From: Somniosus microcephalus
Taxonomy: Eukaryota
DNA length: 64,000 nucleotides
Direction of reading: 5' to 3'
Assembly (NCBI GenBank): GCA_052327205.1
Contig: JBMRGM010000039.1
Coordinates: forward strand, 7,874,001-7,938,000
Shown: positions 24,550-38,760 of the stretch, in pieces
Layout of the letters: every line of letters begins with the position of its first letter
Position numbering within the stretch: position 1 is the first letter of the stretch
Position numbers and translations under genes: made by a program
The notes under the pieces: model-generated
Databases searched by the model: none
The model's input: the letters and a program-made list of their open reading frames with translations, nothing else
Told to the model about the DNA's origin: nothing

Positions 24550-27173
24550 ATGGCCTTGTCATAACCAACACTGTGTTCCATCAGAGGGACAAGTACAAGA
24601 CCTCATGGCTACATTCTCGCTCCAAACACTGGCATCTGCTGGACTATGCCATTGTCCGCAAGGATGTCCACATCACTCGTGCCATGACAGCAGCTGACGA
24701 CTGCTGAACGGACCACCACTTAATCCGCTCTGTCATCTCCATCAAGATAGACCCAAAAGATGGCGGCAGCAGAAAAAATTCCGCAGGAAAATCGAAGCTG
24801 GAGCACTCAAACACCCTGCTAAGAAAGCCCGAATCAGCCTCAGTCCCACATCCAACCGGGCGACTCCCAGTGATTCAGAGAAACAGAGTGTCCACAGCAC
24901 CTGGTCTGCACTCAAGGCCTCCATAATCAGCACCTGTGAAGAGACGCTCAGTCACTCTACTAGGAAACATCAAGACTGGTTCGACGAGAACACCCAGGAG
25001 ATCCAGGCACTAATAAGCGGAAAGTACAAATCATTCATGATCTGGAAACAGCAGCACAACTCGAGAGCAAGAAAGCAGCTCGACAGACGCCTGAACACAA
25101 CCTAAAGAACAGATGGCGCGTGGAGAAAGCGCAGGAGATCCAGCAGCTAGCCGACAACCATGACGTGAGTGGATGTTTTAGCTACCTACAGCCCAAGAAC
25201 GCAAGGTCCTACCCCACTGCGGGCCAAGAATGGAGAAGTACTCATCAAGGACAGAGAGGCAGTCAGTGCCCGCTGGAAGGAGCACTTTGAAGATCTCCTT
25301 AACCAAGACTCTGTCTTCGATGTGAGTGTCCTCAACACCATCTCAAAGCATGCTACCCGCCACCACCTCAGCACAACCCCAGCCCAGCAGGAGTTTGAAA
25401 AAGCCATCCGACAACTGAAGAACAACAAAGTCTCAGGAGCAAATGGAATCCCTGCCGAGGCACTAAAGCATGGTGGAGAAGCACTGCTGGCATGAATTCA
25501 TGAACTAATATCTCTTATCTGGAAGGAGGAAAGCATGCCAGTGGATCTCTAAGGTTCCATAATCGTGACCATCTTCAAGAAAGGTGACAAGTCCGATTGC
25601 GATAATTACAGAGGAGTCTCCCTGCTGTCTGCCACAGGGAAAGTAATTGCAAGAATCCTCCCCAATCGCCTTCTCCCAGTGGCTGAAGAGCTCCTCCTAG
25701 AGTCACAATGCGGATTCTGCCCACTGAGGGGCTCAATGGGCATGATCTTCACCACACATCAACTACAAGGGAAATGCAGGGAACAGCACCAACCACGGGA
25801 CATGGCCTTCTTTGATCTCACAAAGGCCTTCTACACTGTCAACTGTGAGGGCTTATTGAATGTCCTCCTCAAATTCTGCGGCTCTCAAAATTTTTTCACC
25901 ATCCTCTGCCTGCTTCAAGACGACATGCAAGCCGTGATCCTGAACAATGGTTCTACCACAGACCCAATTCAACTACGGACTCGGGTCAAAAAAGGTTGTG
26001 TCATCGCACCAACGCTCTTCTGGATCTTCCTCGCTGCAATACTCCATCTGACCCTCAGTAAGCTCCCCACTCGAGTGCAGCTAATTTACAGAACAAATGG
26101 TAATCACTTCAACCTCCGTTGCCTCCAGTCCAGATCCACAGTCGTTCCATCCACTGTCGTCAAATTACAGTATGCAGACGACGCTTGTGCCTGTACACAC
26201 TCTGAGGTCGATCTCCAATCCACCGTCAACTCCTTCACCGGAAAGGACAAGAGACTGGGCCTTACACTAAACATCCGTAAGACATAGGCCCTCTACCAAA
26301 CTGCCCCTGCCACACAGTACTGCCCCCCAGTTATCAAAATCCACGACGAGGCCTTGGACAACGTGGACCACTTTCCATTTCTCGGGAGCCTACTCTCAAC
26401 AAGGGCAGCCGTCGATGACGAAGTCCAACGCTGCCTTCAGTCTGCCAGTGCAGCCGTCGATGTCTTGAGGAAGATAGTGTTTGCAGACCAGGATCTCAAA
26501 CCTGGCAACAAGCTCATGGTCTACAGAGCAGCAGGGATACGCGCACTGCCGTATGCCTCAGAGACATGGACCATGTACAGCAGGCACCTCAAAGCACTGG
26601 AGACGTACCAGCAACACTGCTTCCGCAAGATCCTGCAAACCCATTGGCAGGATAGGCGCACCAACGTCAGTGTTATCACTGAGGCCAACATCTCCCGCAT
26701 CGAAGCTTTGACCACGCGCGATCAGCTCCGATGGACAGGCCATATCGTCCGCATGCCCGATACGAGGCTCCCTAAACAAGCGGTCTACTCGGAGCTCCTA
26801 CATGGCAAGTGAGCCCCATGTGGGCAGAGGATACCCATCAAGGACACACTCAAAGCCTCATTGAAAAAGTGCGGCATTACATTCAACACCTGGTAATCCC
26901 TGGCCCAAGACCGATCAAAGTGGAGGAGAAGCATCCCGGAAAGCACAAAATATCTCGAGTCTCTTCGCTGGGAGCATGCGGAAGCCAAGCACAAACATCG
27001 GAAGGAGTGCACATCAACCCAAGCACCCCACCCACCTGCCCCTACAACAACCGTCTGCCTCCCCTGTGACAGAGACTGTAGGTCCCGCATTGGACTTAGC
27101 GTTCACCTTAGAACTCATCTTTAGTGTGGAATCAAGTCATCCTCAGTCCGAGGGATTGCCTAAGAAGAGAAGA
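24550..27173 (+). mobile_element. RTE (BovB-like) LINE, 5'-truncated
   Basis: KHWHLLDY endonuclease end, KKGDKSDCDNYRGVSLLS, YADD, QLRWTGHIVRM and an AAG-type tail. TSD GTCTACCT at 24542-24549 and 27174-27181. Confidence 0.93.
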
Positions 27174-27848
27174 GTCTACCTGTGTCTGGCTCTGTCAGTC
27201 TGAGTCTGTTTATTTTTCTGCCTCTCTGTCTCTGTCTGTCACTTCTTTCTATATATCTGTCTCTGTTTCCATGTACGTCTGACTATCTCAGTCTGTCTGT
27301 CACTGCCTGCCTGCTTATGTCTCTTTTTTGTCTCTGTCGCTTTGTTTGTCTCTGCCTGTCTCTATCTCTCTAGCTGTCTGTCTAACTCTATCTCGCTGTC
27401 TGTGTCTGTCTGTCTGTGCCCCTCCATCTGTCTGTGTATATCTCTGCCTGTCTTTGTCTGTCTTTTTCTGTTCCTCTATGTGTCTGCCTGTCTGTCGGTG
27501 TCCCTGTCTTGGCCTCTCTCCTCTGTCTCTCTATATCTATATATCTCTCTGCATCTGTCTGTCTGTATCACTGCCTGTGTCTCTGGCTTTTTATGTCTCT
27601 CTGTCTCCTTCTGTTTATCTGTCTCTTTCTGATTGTATGCCTCATTCTGCGTCGGTCTCCATCAGTCTCATTCAGTCACTTCAACAGTCTTCCGCTGCCT
27701 GTCTCTTCTGTCTGTCTCAGTCTGCCTCTGTCTTGCACTGTCTGTCTGTTTCACGTTGTCGGTCTGTTTCTGCATGTGTGTCTCTGTCTCTCCGTTCGGC
27801 ACTTTCTGTCTGTTCAATGTCATTCTCTGCCTGCCTGCCTCTGTCTGG

Positions 27849-28757
27849 GTGGGCGAGTGTGCTGTGAGGAGGATGCCGAGAAACTACAGGATGATTTGGA
27901 CAGGTTGGATGATTGGACAGAAGCATGGCAGATGCAATATAACGTGGGTAAATGTGCGGTTATCTGCTTTGGTGGCAAAAACAGAAAGACAAATGATTAT
28001 CTGAATGGCAATGGATTGGGAGAAGGGGAAGTGCAGCGAGACCTGGGTGTCCTAGTGCACCAGTCGCTGAAGGTAAGCATTCAGGTGCAGCAGGCGGTTA
28101 AGAAGGCAAATGGTATGTTGGCCTTCGTAGCGATAGGGTTTGAGTACAGGAACAAGGATGTCTTGCTGCAGTTGTAGAGGGCATTGGTGAGACCACATCT
28201 TGAGTATTGTGGGCAGTTTTGGTCGCCATATCTGAGGAAGGATGTTCTTGCCATGGAAGGAGTTCAGCGAAGGATCACCAGGCTGATACCTGGGATGGCA
28301 GGAATGACGTATGAGGAGATATTTGGTCGATTGGGCTTGTACTCGCTGGAGTTTAGAAGAATGAGAGGGGATCTCATTGATACTTTTAAAATTCTGATAT
28401 GACTCGACAGACCAGATGCAGGAAGGTTGTTCCCGATGGTCGGGGAGTCCAGAACCAGGGGTCACATTCTAAGGATAAGGGGTAGGCCATTTAGGACAGA
28501 AATTAGGAGGAATTTCTTCAGCCAGAGAGTGGTGAACCTGTGGAATTCTCTAGCACAGAAGGCAGTAGAGGCCAATACATTAAATATATTCAAGAAGGGT
28601 TGGATAAATTTCGTAAGGCTAAAGGGATCAAGGGTTATGTGGAGAAAGCAGGGACCGGGTACTGAATTTGGATGATCAGCCATGATCGCATTGAATAGCG
28701 GAGAATGCTCGAGGGGCCGAATGGCCGACTCCTGCTCCTATCTTCTATGTTTCTATG
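27849..28757 (+). mobile_element. CR1 LINE 3' fragment
   Basis: VRPHLEYC.QFWSPY motif and CR1 3' UTR/tail; flanked by TCTGTCTGG repeats. Confidence 0.9.
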
Positions 28758-28969
28758 TCTGTCTGGCACTGTCTGTCCATCTCTTTTGTGTTTCTGCGTG
28801 TGTGCATACTTGTGTGTGTGTCTGCGTGCATGTATGTGAGGCAGACAGAGGCAGGCAGACAGAGAAAGGCATAGAAACAGACAGACTGTGCCAGACACAT
28901 AGCCAGAGACAGACACTCAGAAAGTGACCAACAGAGAGAAGTAGACAGACTGTGCCTGACAGAGGCAGA

Positions 28970-29235
28970 CTGAGAGAGGAAGTATTAAGGGGCTTGGAAG
29001 CTTTGAAAGTGGATATACCACAGGCCCGGATGAAATCCCAGGCTCTTAAGAGAAGCAAAAGAGGCAATAGCAGAGGCTCTGACCATCACTTTCCAATCCT
29101 TTCTGGCTACAGTTGTGGTGCCGGAGCACTGGAGGACTGCTAATGTTGTACCTTTGTTTAAATGTGGAGAAAGGGATAGAGCGAGGAATGGTTTCCTTCC
29201 ATGCTGTAAATTTCTATGATTCTATTTCTATGATA
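28970..29235 (+). mobile_element. Short degraded CR1 fragment
   Basis: EEVLRGL..LKVD and ANVVPLFK remnants, followed by a TTCTATGA tail. Confidence 0.6.
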
Positions 29236-30656
29236 CTATGTGTGCATGTCCATGTATGTGTGTGTCTCTCTCTGTCTGCGTTTTTTGTTCAGTCTCTGTC
29301 TGTCTCTGTATGTTTATTTCCATCTGTCTGCCTCTGTCTGTCTCTGTCTCTCTCTCTCTCTCTCTGGCTCTGTTTGTCTATCTGTCTCCCTCTGTCTGTC
29401 CTTGTTGCTGTCTCTCTGTCTCAGTCTGGCTGTGCCCCTGTCTGTCTTTGTCTCTGTCTTTCCCTTTGTCTGACCATATATTTCGGGCTGCTTGACGGAC
29501 TCTTTCTGTCCATCAGTGTCTCTTTCTCTGTCCAGCACTCTCATTATGTCTATGTGCCTCTGTCTCTGTGTGTCCCTCTCTCTTTCTCTGTCAGTTTCTG
29601 TCGCTGTGTGTGCCTCTGTCTGTCTGTGTCCCTGTCTATATCATTCTGTCTCCATCTGCCTGTTTCATTCTCTACCTACCTCTGTCAGTTTCTTTGTCAC
29701 TCTGTTTGTCTGTCTGTCGCTGTTTGTCTGTCTGTATCCGTCTGCCTCTCCGTCTGTGTCTCTCTGTCTGTCTCTCTGTTACTCTCTGTCTGTCTTTATC
29801 TATTCGACTATGTCTCTGTCTCTGTCTCAGTCTCTCTCCCTGGTTCTCTCCCTCTGTTGTCTCTGTCTGTCTGAGGCGGTCCATGCCTATCTCTCTGCCT
29901 CTGCATAACTGTCCCTGGCTGTCTGTCCATGTCTGTGTGCCTGTTTCTGTTGCTCTGCCACTGTACATCTGTGTCTCTGTCTGTCTATCTCCCACTGTCT
30001 GTCTCTCGCTGCTCCTCTCTACCTGGCTCTGTCTGTCTTTTTGTCTCTATCTGTTTGTCTCTTCTGCTGTCTGTCTCTGTCTGTCTATGTCCCCGTCTTA
30101 ATGTTTCTCTGCCGCCTATCTATAGCTGTCTGTCAGTCTGTCCATCTGAATTCGTGTCTCTGTCTGTGTCTCTGTGTTTGTTTCTCTGTCTATGTCTGTC
30201 TGTCTCTGCCTCTATGTGGGTCTGTTTTTCTCTGTCTCTCTCTCTGGCTTTGTCTGTCTTTGTCTTTCACTCTGTCATTTTCTGTCTCAGTCTGTCTGTC
30301 TCTGACTGTCTATGTTTCTGACTGTCTCTGTTTATCTCTCTCCAGCTCTGTCTATCTTTGTCACTCTCTCTCTCTCTGTCAATTTCTGTTGCTGAATGAG
30401 TCACTGACCTTCCGCGTCCATTTCACTGATTCCCTGTCTGTCTGTATCTCTGTGTCTACCACTGTCTGGCTCTGTCTGTCTGAGTCTATTTCTCTTTTTG
30501 CTTCGCTATCTCTGCCTTTCTGTGTCTCTGTCTGCCGGGCTCGATGCATATATCTGTCTCTGTCCTTGTCGGTCTGACTATCTCAGTCTGTCTGTCACTG
30601 CCTGTCTGTCTCTGTCTCTTTGTTTGGCTCTGTCTGTCTCTAGCTCTCTGTCTGTC

Positions 30657-32340
30657 TTTTTTAATTCATTTATGAGATGCGGGCGTCGCTGGCAAGGCCA
30701 GCATTTATTGCTTAAGTAGCTGGTGGTGAGCCACCTTCTTGAACCGCTGCAGTCCGTGTTGTGAAATTACCCTCACAGTGCTGTCCCGGAGGGAGTGGAA
30801 GGATTTTGACCCAGCGACGATGAAGGATGTGCGATATACTTCTAAGTCAGGATGGTGTGTGACTTGGAAGGGAACTTGGAAGTCGGGTGTTCCCTTGCGC
30901 CTGCTACCCTTGTCCTTCTAGATGGAAGAGGTCGCAGGTTTGGGAGGTGCTGCCGAAGATGCCTTGGCGAGTTGCTGTAGTGCATCTTGTAGATGGTACA
31001 CACTGCAGCCACGGTATGCCGATGGTGTAGAGAGTGAATGTTTAAAGTGGTGGGTGGGGTGCCATTCAAGCGGACTGCTTTGTCCTGGATGGTGTCGAGC
31101 TTCTTGAGTGTTTTTGGAGCTGCACTCATCCAGGCAAGTGAAGAGTATTCCATCACACTCCTTATTTGTGCCTTGTAGTTGGTGGAAAGGCTTTGGGAAG
31201 TCAGCAGGTGAGACACTCGCCACACAATATGCAGCCACTGACCTGCTCTTCTTGCCACAATATTTATGTGGATGGTCCAGTTAAGTTTTTGGTCAGTGGT
31301 GACCCCCCAGGAAGTTGGTGGTGGGGGATTCGGCGATGGCAATGCTGCTGACTGTCAAGATGAGGCGGGTAGACTCTCGGTTGCTGGAGATAGTCATTGC
31401 CTTGCACTTCTGTGGCGTGAATATTACCTGCCACTTATCAGCCGAAGCTTGAAATTCATCGAGGTCTTGTTGCATGTGGGCACGGACTGTTGCATTATCT
31501 GTGGAGTTAAGAAAGGCTCTGAACTCATCATCTGCAATCATCATCGAACATCTCCATTTTTATCTTATGTTGGAGGGAAGGTCATTGATGGAGCAGCTGA
31601 AGATGGTTGAGCCTAGGACACTGCCCAGAGGAACTCCTGCAGAGATGTCTTGGCCTGAGATGATTGGCCTCCATCAACCACAACCATCTTCATTTGTGCT
31701 AATTGTGAATCCAGCCAGTGAATAGCTTTCCACTAATTCCCATTAATTTCAAATTTGCTAGGGCTCCTTGATGCCAAACTCGGTCAAATTCTGTCAGTCT
31801 CACCTCGCCTCTGGAATTCAGCTACTTCGTGTATGTTTGGAGCAAGGCAGTAATGAGTTCTGGAGCCGAGTGGTCCTGGTGGAGCCTGAACTGAGCATTG
31901 GTGAGCAGCTTATTGCTGAGTAAGTGCCACTTGATAGCACTGTCGATGACACCTTCCATCACTTTGCCAATGGTTGAGAGTAGAATGATGGGGCGGTAAT
32001 TGGCCGGATTGGATTTGTCCTGCTTTTTGTGGACATGACATATCGGGGCTGTTTTCCACATTTTCCGATTGATGCCAGTGTTGTAGCTGTACTGGAGTAG
32101 CTAGGCTAGAGTCTTGGCTAGTTTTGGAGCACAAGTCTTCAGCACGACAGCCGGGATGTTGTCAGGGCCCATACACTTTGCTGCATCCAGTGCGCTCAGC
32201 CTGTTCTTGTTATCACGTGGACTGAATCGAATTGGCTGAAGACTGGCTTCTGTGTGGCAGGAATGCAGAGCTTTGTTCTGATCCGTTGATTGTGGGATCG
32301 CTTAGGCCTGTCTATAGCACACCGTTTCCGCTGGTTAGCA
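30657..32340 (-). mobile_element. CR1/L2-group LINE 3' part (distinct family)
   Basis: KKQDKSNPANYRPI, YKAQIRSVMEYS and LKKLDTIQDKA motifs; poly(T) at 30657 on the + strand. Confidence 0.8.
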
Positions 32341-32518
32341 TGTTTACTCCACTATAACTTTCCTACGTGTTTGTGGCCAATAAAATACACCTAGTAGTAT
32401 AATGGCACCGCTATTATTTCTTAACTCTAACAAAATAGATTCTGTCCTTGTCACTTCCAGGATATCCTCTCTCTCCTGTACTGTAATATTCCCCTTAATC
32501 AATACTGCCCCATCACCT

Positions 32519-35500
32519 CACAGATAATAGGAGCAGGAGTTGGCCATTCGGCCCCTCGAGCCTGCTCCGCCATTCAATGCGATTATGGCTGATCATGCAA
32601 ATTCAGTACTCTGTCCCTGCTTTCTCCCCATATCCCTTGATCCCCTTAGACTTAAGAAATATATCTAACACCTTCTTGAATATATTTAATGAATTGGCCT
32701 CAACTGTCTTCTGCGGTAGATAATTCCAAAGGTCCACCACTCTCTGGGTGAACAAATTCCTCCTCATCTCAGTCTAAAATGGCTTACCCCTTATCTTTAG
32801 ATTATGACCCCTGCTTCTGGACTCCCCTGCCATCGGGAACAGCCTTCCTGCATCTAGTCTGTCTAGTCCTGTTATAATTTTATAAGATTCAATGAGATTC
32901 ACTCTCTTTCTTCTAAACTCCAGCGATTATATCCCAATCGACCCATTCTCTCCTGATACGTCATTCCTGCCATCCCAGGTATCAGTCCAGTGAATCTTCG
33001 CTGCACGCCCTCCATCGCAAGAATACCCTTCCTCAGATAAGGCGACCAAAAACTGCACACAATACTCAAGGTGTGGCCTCACCAAGGCCCGGTGCAACTG
33101 CATCAAGACATCCCTGCTCCTGTACTAAACCCTCCCGCTATGAAGGCCAATACACCACTTGCCTTCTTAAATGCCTGCCACACCTGCATGCTTAACTTCC
33201 GCAACTGCTGCACAAGGACACCCAGTTCTTGTTGCACTTCCCCTTTGCCCAATCTATTGCCGTTCAAATAATAATCTGCCTTCCTGTTTTTGTCACCAAA
33301 GTGCATAAACTCGCCTTTATCCACATTATACTGCATCTGCCATGCATCTGCCCAGTCACCCAACCGGTCTAAATCATACTGGAGTTTCGCTGCATCATCC
33401 TCAGAGCACACACGCCCACCCAGCGTTGTGTCGTCTGCAAACTTGGAGATATTACCTCTAGTTCCTTCGTCTAGATCATTAATATATTATTCGAATAACT
33501 GGTGCCATAGCACCGATCCCTGCGGCACCACACTATTCACTGCCTGCCACTCAGAAAAAGACTCGTTTATTCCAAATCTTTGCTTCCTGTCTGCCAAACA
33601 GTTCCCTATCCAAGTCAGTACCTTACCCCCATCCCATGTGCTTTAACTTTGTATGCTAATCCCTTATGCGGGACCTTATTGAAAGTCCAAATATACCCCA
33701 TCCACTGGTTCTCCCTTATCTATTCTATCAGTTACACCCTCAATAAATTTCATTAGGTTAGTCAAGCATGATTTACCTTTTGTAAATCCATGTTGACTTT
33801 TTCCGATCCTGTCACTGTATTCCAAGTGCTCTGCTATTACATCTTTTACAATGGACCATATCATTTTCCCCACTACCGATGCCAGGCTTACTGGTCTATA
33901 ATTCCCCCTTATCTCTCTACAATCTTTCTTAAATAGTGGGGTTACATTAGCTACCCTCCAATCCATGGGAACTGTTCCAGGGTCTATACAATTTTGGAAG
34001 ATGACCATCAATGCATCTACTATTTCTAGCACCACTTCCTTAAGTACCCTATGATGTGGATTATCAGGCCCTGGGGATTTATTGGCCTTCAATCCCGTCA
34101 ATTTTCCTAACACCATTTCCCTACAAATACTGATTTCAATCAGATTCTCCCTCATCATTAGATCCTATGTTGCCCGACATCTCTGGGAGGTTATTTGTCT
34201 TCTCCTTTGTGAAGACAGAACCAAAGTATGTATTTAATTGGTCAGCCATTTCTTTGTTCCCCCTTATAAATTCCCCTGATTCTGACTGCAAGGGACCTAC
34301 CCACGCTTGACTTCACCAATCTTTTTCTCTTCACATATCTATAGAATCGTTTACAGTCAGTTTTTTATGTTCCCTGCAAGCTCTCTCTCATACTCTATTG
34401 TCCCCCTCTTAATTAATCCGTTTGTCCTCCTTTGCTGAATAATAAACTACTCCCAATCCACAGGTTTGCTGCTTTTCTGGCCAATTTATATATTCTCTCC
34501 TTGGATCTTATGCTATACATAATTTCTCTTGTTAGCCACGGTTGTGTCACGTTTTTTGTTTTATTTCTATGCCAAACAGGGATGAACAAATCATGTCATT
34601 CATCCATGCGATCTTTAAATGTTTGCCATGATTATTCACCGTCAACCCTTTAAGTAACGTTCCCAATCCGTCCTAGCCAACTCGCACCTCATACCATCGT
34701 AGTGTCCTTTATTTAAATTCAGGACCCCAGTCTCTGAGTCAACTACTTCGCTCTCCTTCTTAATGAGGAATTCTATCATATTGTGAGCGTTCCTGCACAA
34801 GGGGCTACACACAACAAGATTGCTAATTACTCCTTTCTCATTACATGACATCCAGTCTAAGATGGCCTGATCTCCAGTTGGTTCCTCGACATGTTGGTCC
34901 AGGAAACCATGCCGTATCCACTCTAGGAATTCCTCTTCCACAGTACTGTTACTAATTTGGTTAGCCCAATCTACATAGAGATTAAAGTCACCCATGATAA
35001 CTGCAGTGCCCTTATTGCAAGTGTCAATAATTTCCCATTTCTTGCCACCCCCAACCTCAGCATTATTTTTTCGGGGTCTGTATACAACTCCCACTAACGT
35101 TTTGTGACATTTGGTATTTCTCAACTCTACCCATACAGATTCCACATCATCAGAGCTAATATCCTTCCTTACTATGGTGTTAATCTGCTCTTTAACCAGC
35201 AATGATACCCCACGTGCTGTTCTATTTTGCCTGTATTTCCAGAATATTGAATACCACTGCATGTTTAATTCCCAGCCTTGGTCACCCTGGAGCCATGTCT
35301 CCGTTATCTCAATTATATCATATCCGTTATCATCTATTTGCACAACTAATTCTTCCACCTTATTACGAATGCTCCTCGCATTAAGACACAAAGCCTTCAG
35401 GCTTGCTTTTTTAACACTCTTAGCACATCCAATATTAAGAACTGAATACCGGTTAGAGAGTGTGATGCACTCAGGGGACTCCTGAACTACCTGCCTGGTC

Positions 35501-35800
35501 CTGCTTGTCTGTCTGGCGCTCACCCATTCCCTCTCTGCCGGCACACTATAAAGCTGCGGTGTGGCCACCTCCTGAAACTTGCTATCCACGTAGCTGTCAG
35601 TCGCACGGATACACCGCAGTGGCGCCAGTTGCTGCTCAGTGTCCAAAACCCGGACTTCCAGCTCCTCCAGCTGACGACATCTCCTGCACATGTGGTTGTC
35701 CAGGAGATGGAAGATTACTGGTGTTACCACATGGCACAAGATGCGCACTCCACGGGAATGAGGTGCCCTGCCTCGTCTTTATTTAATAGGCCATTATTAA
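32519..35800 (-). mobile_element. CR1 LINE with ORF1 N-terminus fused to ORF2 by an internal deletion
   Basis: ORF 35748-34642 runs from HMCRRCRQLEELE (ORF1-type Zn finger/leucine zipper) into CLNARSIRNK...ITETWL...MGDFN (endonuclease). RT fragments continue to the 3' UTR at 32519. Confidence 0.88.
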
Positions 35801-36118
35801 CTTACCAGAAATAAACTCAGGACTTTCAAAAATATTTTTAGAATTTCCTTTGTTAAGCTGTTCAAATAATCTGTACAAGCAGTTCTTGTTTGCCGCGTAA
35901 TCATCTCATGCTGTCTGCCAAGTGAGATCCCGTGAACTGTGAGTTTGTGGTAACACGAGATTACAGGACTTTGGACCAGAGAGGTAGTGGGCGGGTCTGG
36001 CTAGTAGTTTGAGGAGCTGTAATAGTTTGAGGTGCTGTATTACTTTTGGGTTCGCATTCACTTGAGATACTCTATTAGATTGAAATGTTGTATTAGGTTG
36101 AGGTGCTGCATTAGGGTG

Positions 36119-37582
36119 TGGCAGACTCTGGAACAGTACCCGTGGATTGGAGGGTAGCTAATGTTACCCCACTATTCAAAATAGGTGGTAGAGAAAAAGC
36201 GGGGAATTATAGACCGGTAAGCCTGACATTGGTAATGGGGAAAATGCTAGAGTCTATTATAAAAGATGTAATAGAAGAGCACTTGGAAAGCAGTGACAAA
36301 ATCGGACCAAGTCAACATGGATTTACAAAAGGTAAATCATGCTTGACTAATCTACTGGAATTTTTTGAGGATGTAACTGGTAAAATAGATAAGGGAGAAG
36401 CAGTGGATGTGGTGTATTTGGACTTTCAGAAGGCTTTCGATAAGGTCCCACATAAGAGATTAGTGTGCAAAATTAAGGCACATGGGATTGGGGGCAGGTA
36501 TTGACTTGGATAGAGAACTGGTTGGTGGACAGAAAGCAAAGAGTTGGAATAAACGGGTCGTTTTCGAAGTGGCAGGCAGTGACTAGTGGTGTACCGCAAG
36601 GATCGGTCCTAGGACCCCAGCTGTTCACAATATATATTATTGATCTGGACGAGGGAATTGGATGTAATATCTCCAAATTTGCAGACGACACAAAGCCGGG
36701 TGGGAGGGTAAGCTGTGAGGAGGATGTCGTGAAACTCCAGTACGAACTGGACAGGTTGGGTGATTGGGCAGAAGCATGGCAAATGCACTATAATGTGGAT
36801 AAATGTGAGGTTAACCACTTTGGTGGCAAAAACAGGAAGGCAGACTATTATTTGAACGGCAATAGATTGGGAGAAGGGGAAGTGCAAAGAGACCTGGGTG
36901 TTCTTGTGCACCAGTCGCTGAAGGTAAGCATGCAGGTGCAGCAGGCGGTTAAGAAGGCAAATGGTATGTTGGCCTTCGTAGCAAGAGGGTTCGAGTACAG
37001 GAACAAGGGTGTCTTGCTATAGTTGTACAGGGCCTTTGTGAGGCCGCACCTTGAGTATTGTGTGCAGTTTTGGTCGCCTTACCTGAGGAAGGATGTTCTT
37101 GCCATGGAAGGAGTGCAACGAAGATTCACCAGGCTGATACCTGGGATGGCAGGAATGACGTATGAGGAGAGATTGTGCCGATTGGGCTTATACTCACTGG
37201 AGTTTAGAAGATTGAGAGGGGATCTCATCGAAACCTATAAAAATCTGTCAGGCCTGGACAGACTAGATGCAGGAAGGATGTTTCTGATGGCCGGGGAGCC
37301 CAGAACCAGGGGTCATAGTCTAAGGATCAGGGGTCAGCCATTTAGGACTGAAATGAGGATTAATTTCTTCACCCAGAGAGTGGTGAACCTGTGGAATTCT
37401 CTGCCACAGATGGCAGTGGAGGCCAGTTCATTAAGGCTAAGGGGTTCAAGGGATATGGGGAGAAGGCAGGGACAGGGTACTGAATTTGGATGATCAGCCA
37501 TGATCTCATTGAATGGCGGAGCAGGCTCGAAGGGCCGAATGGCCTACTCCTGCTCGAATCTCCTATGTGTCTATGTTTCTAT
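36119..37582 (+). mobile_element. CR1 LINE RT/3' fragment
   Basis: NYRPVSLT, YLDFQKAFDKVPH, GVPQGSVLGP and FADD motifs, then a CR1 tail. Confidence 0.95.
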
Positions 37583-37985
37583 GTATTAATATAATGTGCT
37601 GCATTATTTTAGGTAATGTATTAATTTGAGCGGCTGTTATCGATTGAGGTGCTGTGTTAGTTTGAGGGGCTGTATTAGTTTGAGGTACTGTATTAGTTTG
37701 ATGAGCTGTATTAATTTAATGGGAAGTATTAATTTCAGGCACTGTATTAGTTTGAGGTACTGTATTAGTTTGTCGGTCTGTATTATTTTGAGGTACTGTA
37801 TTAGTTAAAGGGGCTGTATTAGTTTGAAGAGCTGTATTAGTTTGAGGTACTGTATAAGTTTGATGAGCTGTATTAATTTGAGGGGAAGTATGAGTTGAAG
37901 GAATTGTATTAGTTTCAGGGGCAGTATTAGTTTGAGCTGCTGTATTAGTTTGAGGGGCTGTATTAGTTTGCGGTACTTTGGTTTG

Positions 37986-38610
37986 AGGACAGCTTTAAGT
38001 TCCTCGGAGTCCACATCATGGAAGACCTCTCCCAGCAGCGCCTATATTTCCTAAGGAGGCTGAAGGAATGTAACCTGTCACCCCTGATCCTCTCTAACTT
38101 TTACCGCTGCACAATAGAGAGCATCTGATGAACTGTATCACAGTGTGGTATGGCAGCTGTAGCTACTATGACCGGAAAGCCCTGCAGCGGGTAGTCAAAA
38201 CTGCCCAACGCATTAAAGGCACCCGGCTACTGACCATAGAGCACATATACCAGAAACGCTGTTTACGGAGGTCACGGACCATCATCAAAGACCCTACCCA
38301 TCCCAGCCACAGTCTGTTCGCCCTCCTGCCATCTGGGAGACACTGCAGATGCTTTCGCACCCGAATGACCAGATTTAGGAACAACTTATTTCCCAGGGCT
38401 GTCATCCTACTGAACTCCACAAATAAACTCTAAAGTCTGCACATCTGCCAATGCACTTTAATTATGGTTATGTTTATGTTAATGCATTACAAGACAAATG
38501 AATGTTGAAATGTATAATCTTAGTATCCACTCTCGGGAGCCGCAAGCCTACATTTCGTTGTACTGCACTTGTGCACTAACAATGACAATAAATTTGATTA
38601 TTATTATTAT
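37986..38610 (+). mobile_element. Rex1/Babar LINE 3' fragment
   Basis: FKFLGVHI, QQRLYFLRRL, CITVWYG, DRKALQRVVKTAQRI and LLPSGR motifs; AATAAA followed by an (ATT)n tail. Confidence 0.85.
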
Positions 38611-38760
38611 AGTTTGAGGTACTGTATTAGTTTGGTGGGCTGTATTAGTTCGAGTATCTGTATTATTTTGATTGGGTTTATTAGTTTGAGGGATTGTATT
38701 AATTTTAGCGGCTTTATTCGTTTGAAGGGGTGCATTAGATTGAGTTTCTGTATTAGTTTC

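Larger units (their letters stand above)
17270..30656. repeat. Degenerate (TC)n/(TCTG)n low-complexity array interrupted by TEs
   Basis: Pyrimidine-rich segments at about 17270-19400, 23836-24549, 27174-27848, 28758-28970 and 29240-30656. Confidence 0.9.

Noticed and set aside
17247-30719. Long Leu/Ser/Cys/Val-rich ORFs
   Set aside because: Low-complexity TC/TCTG sequence lacks stop codons by composition.
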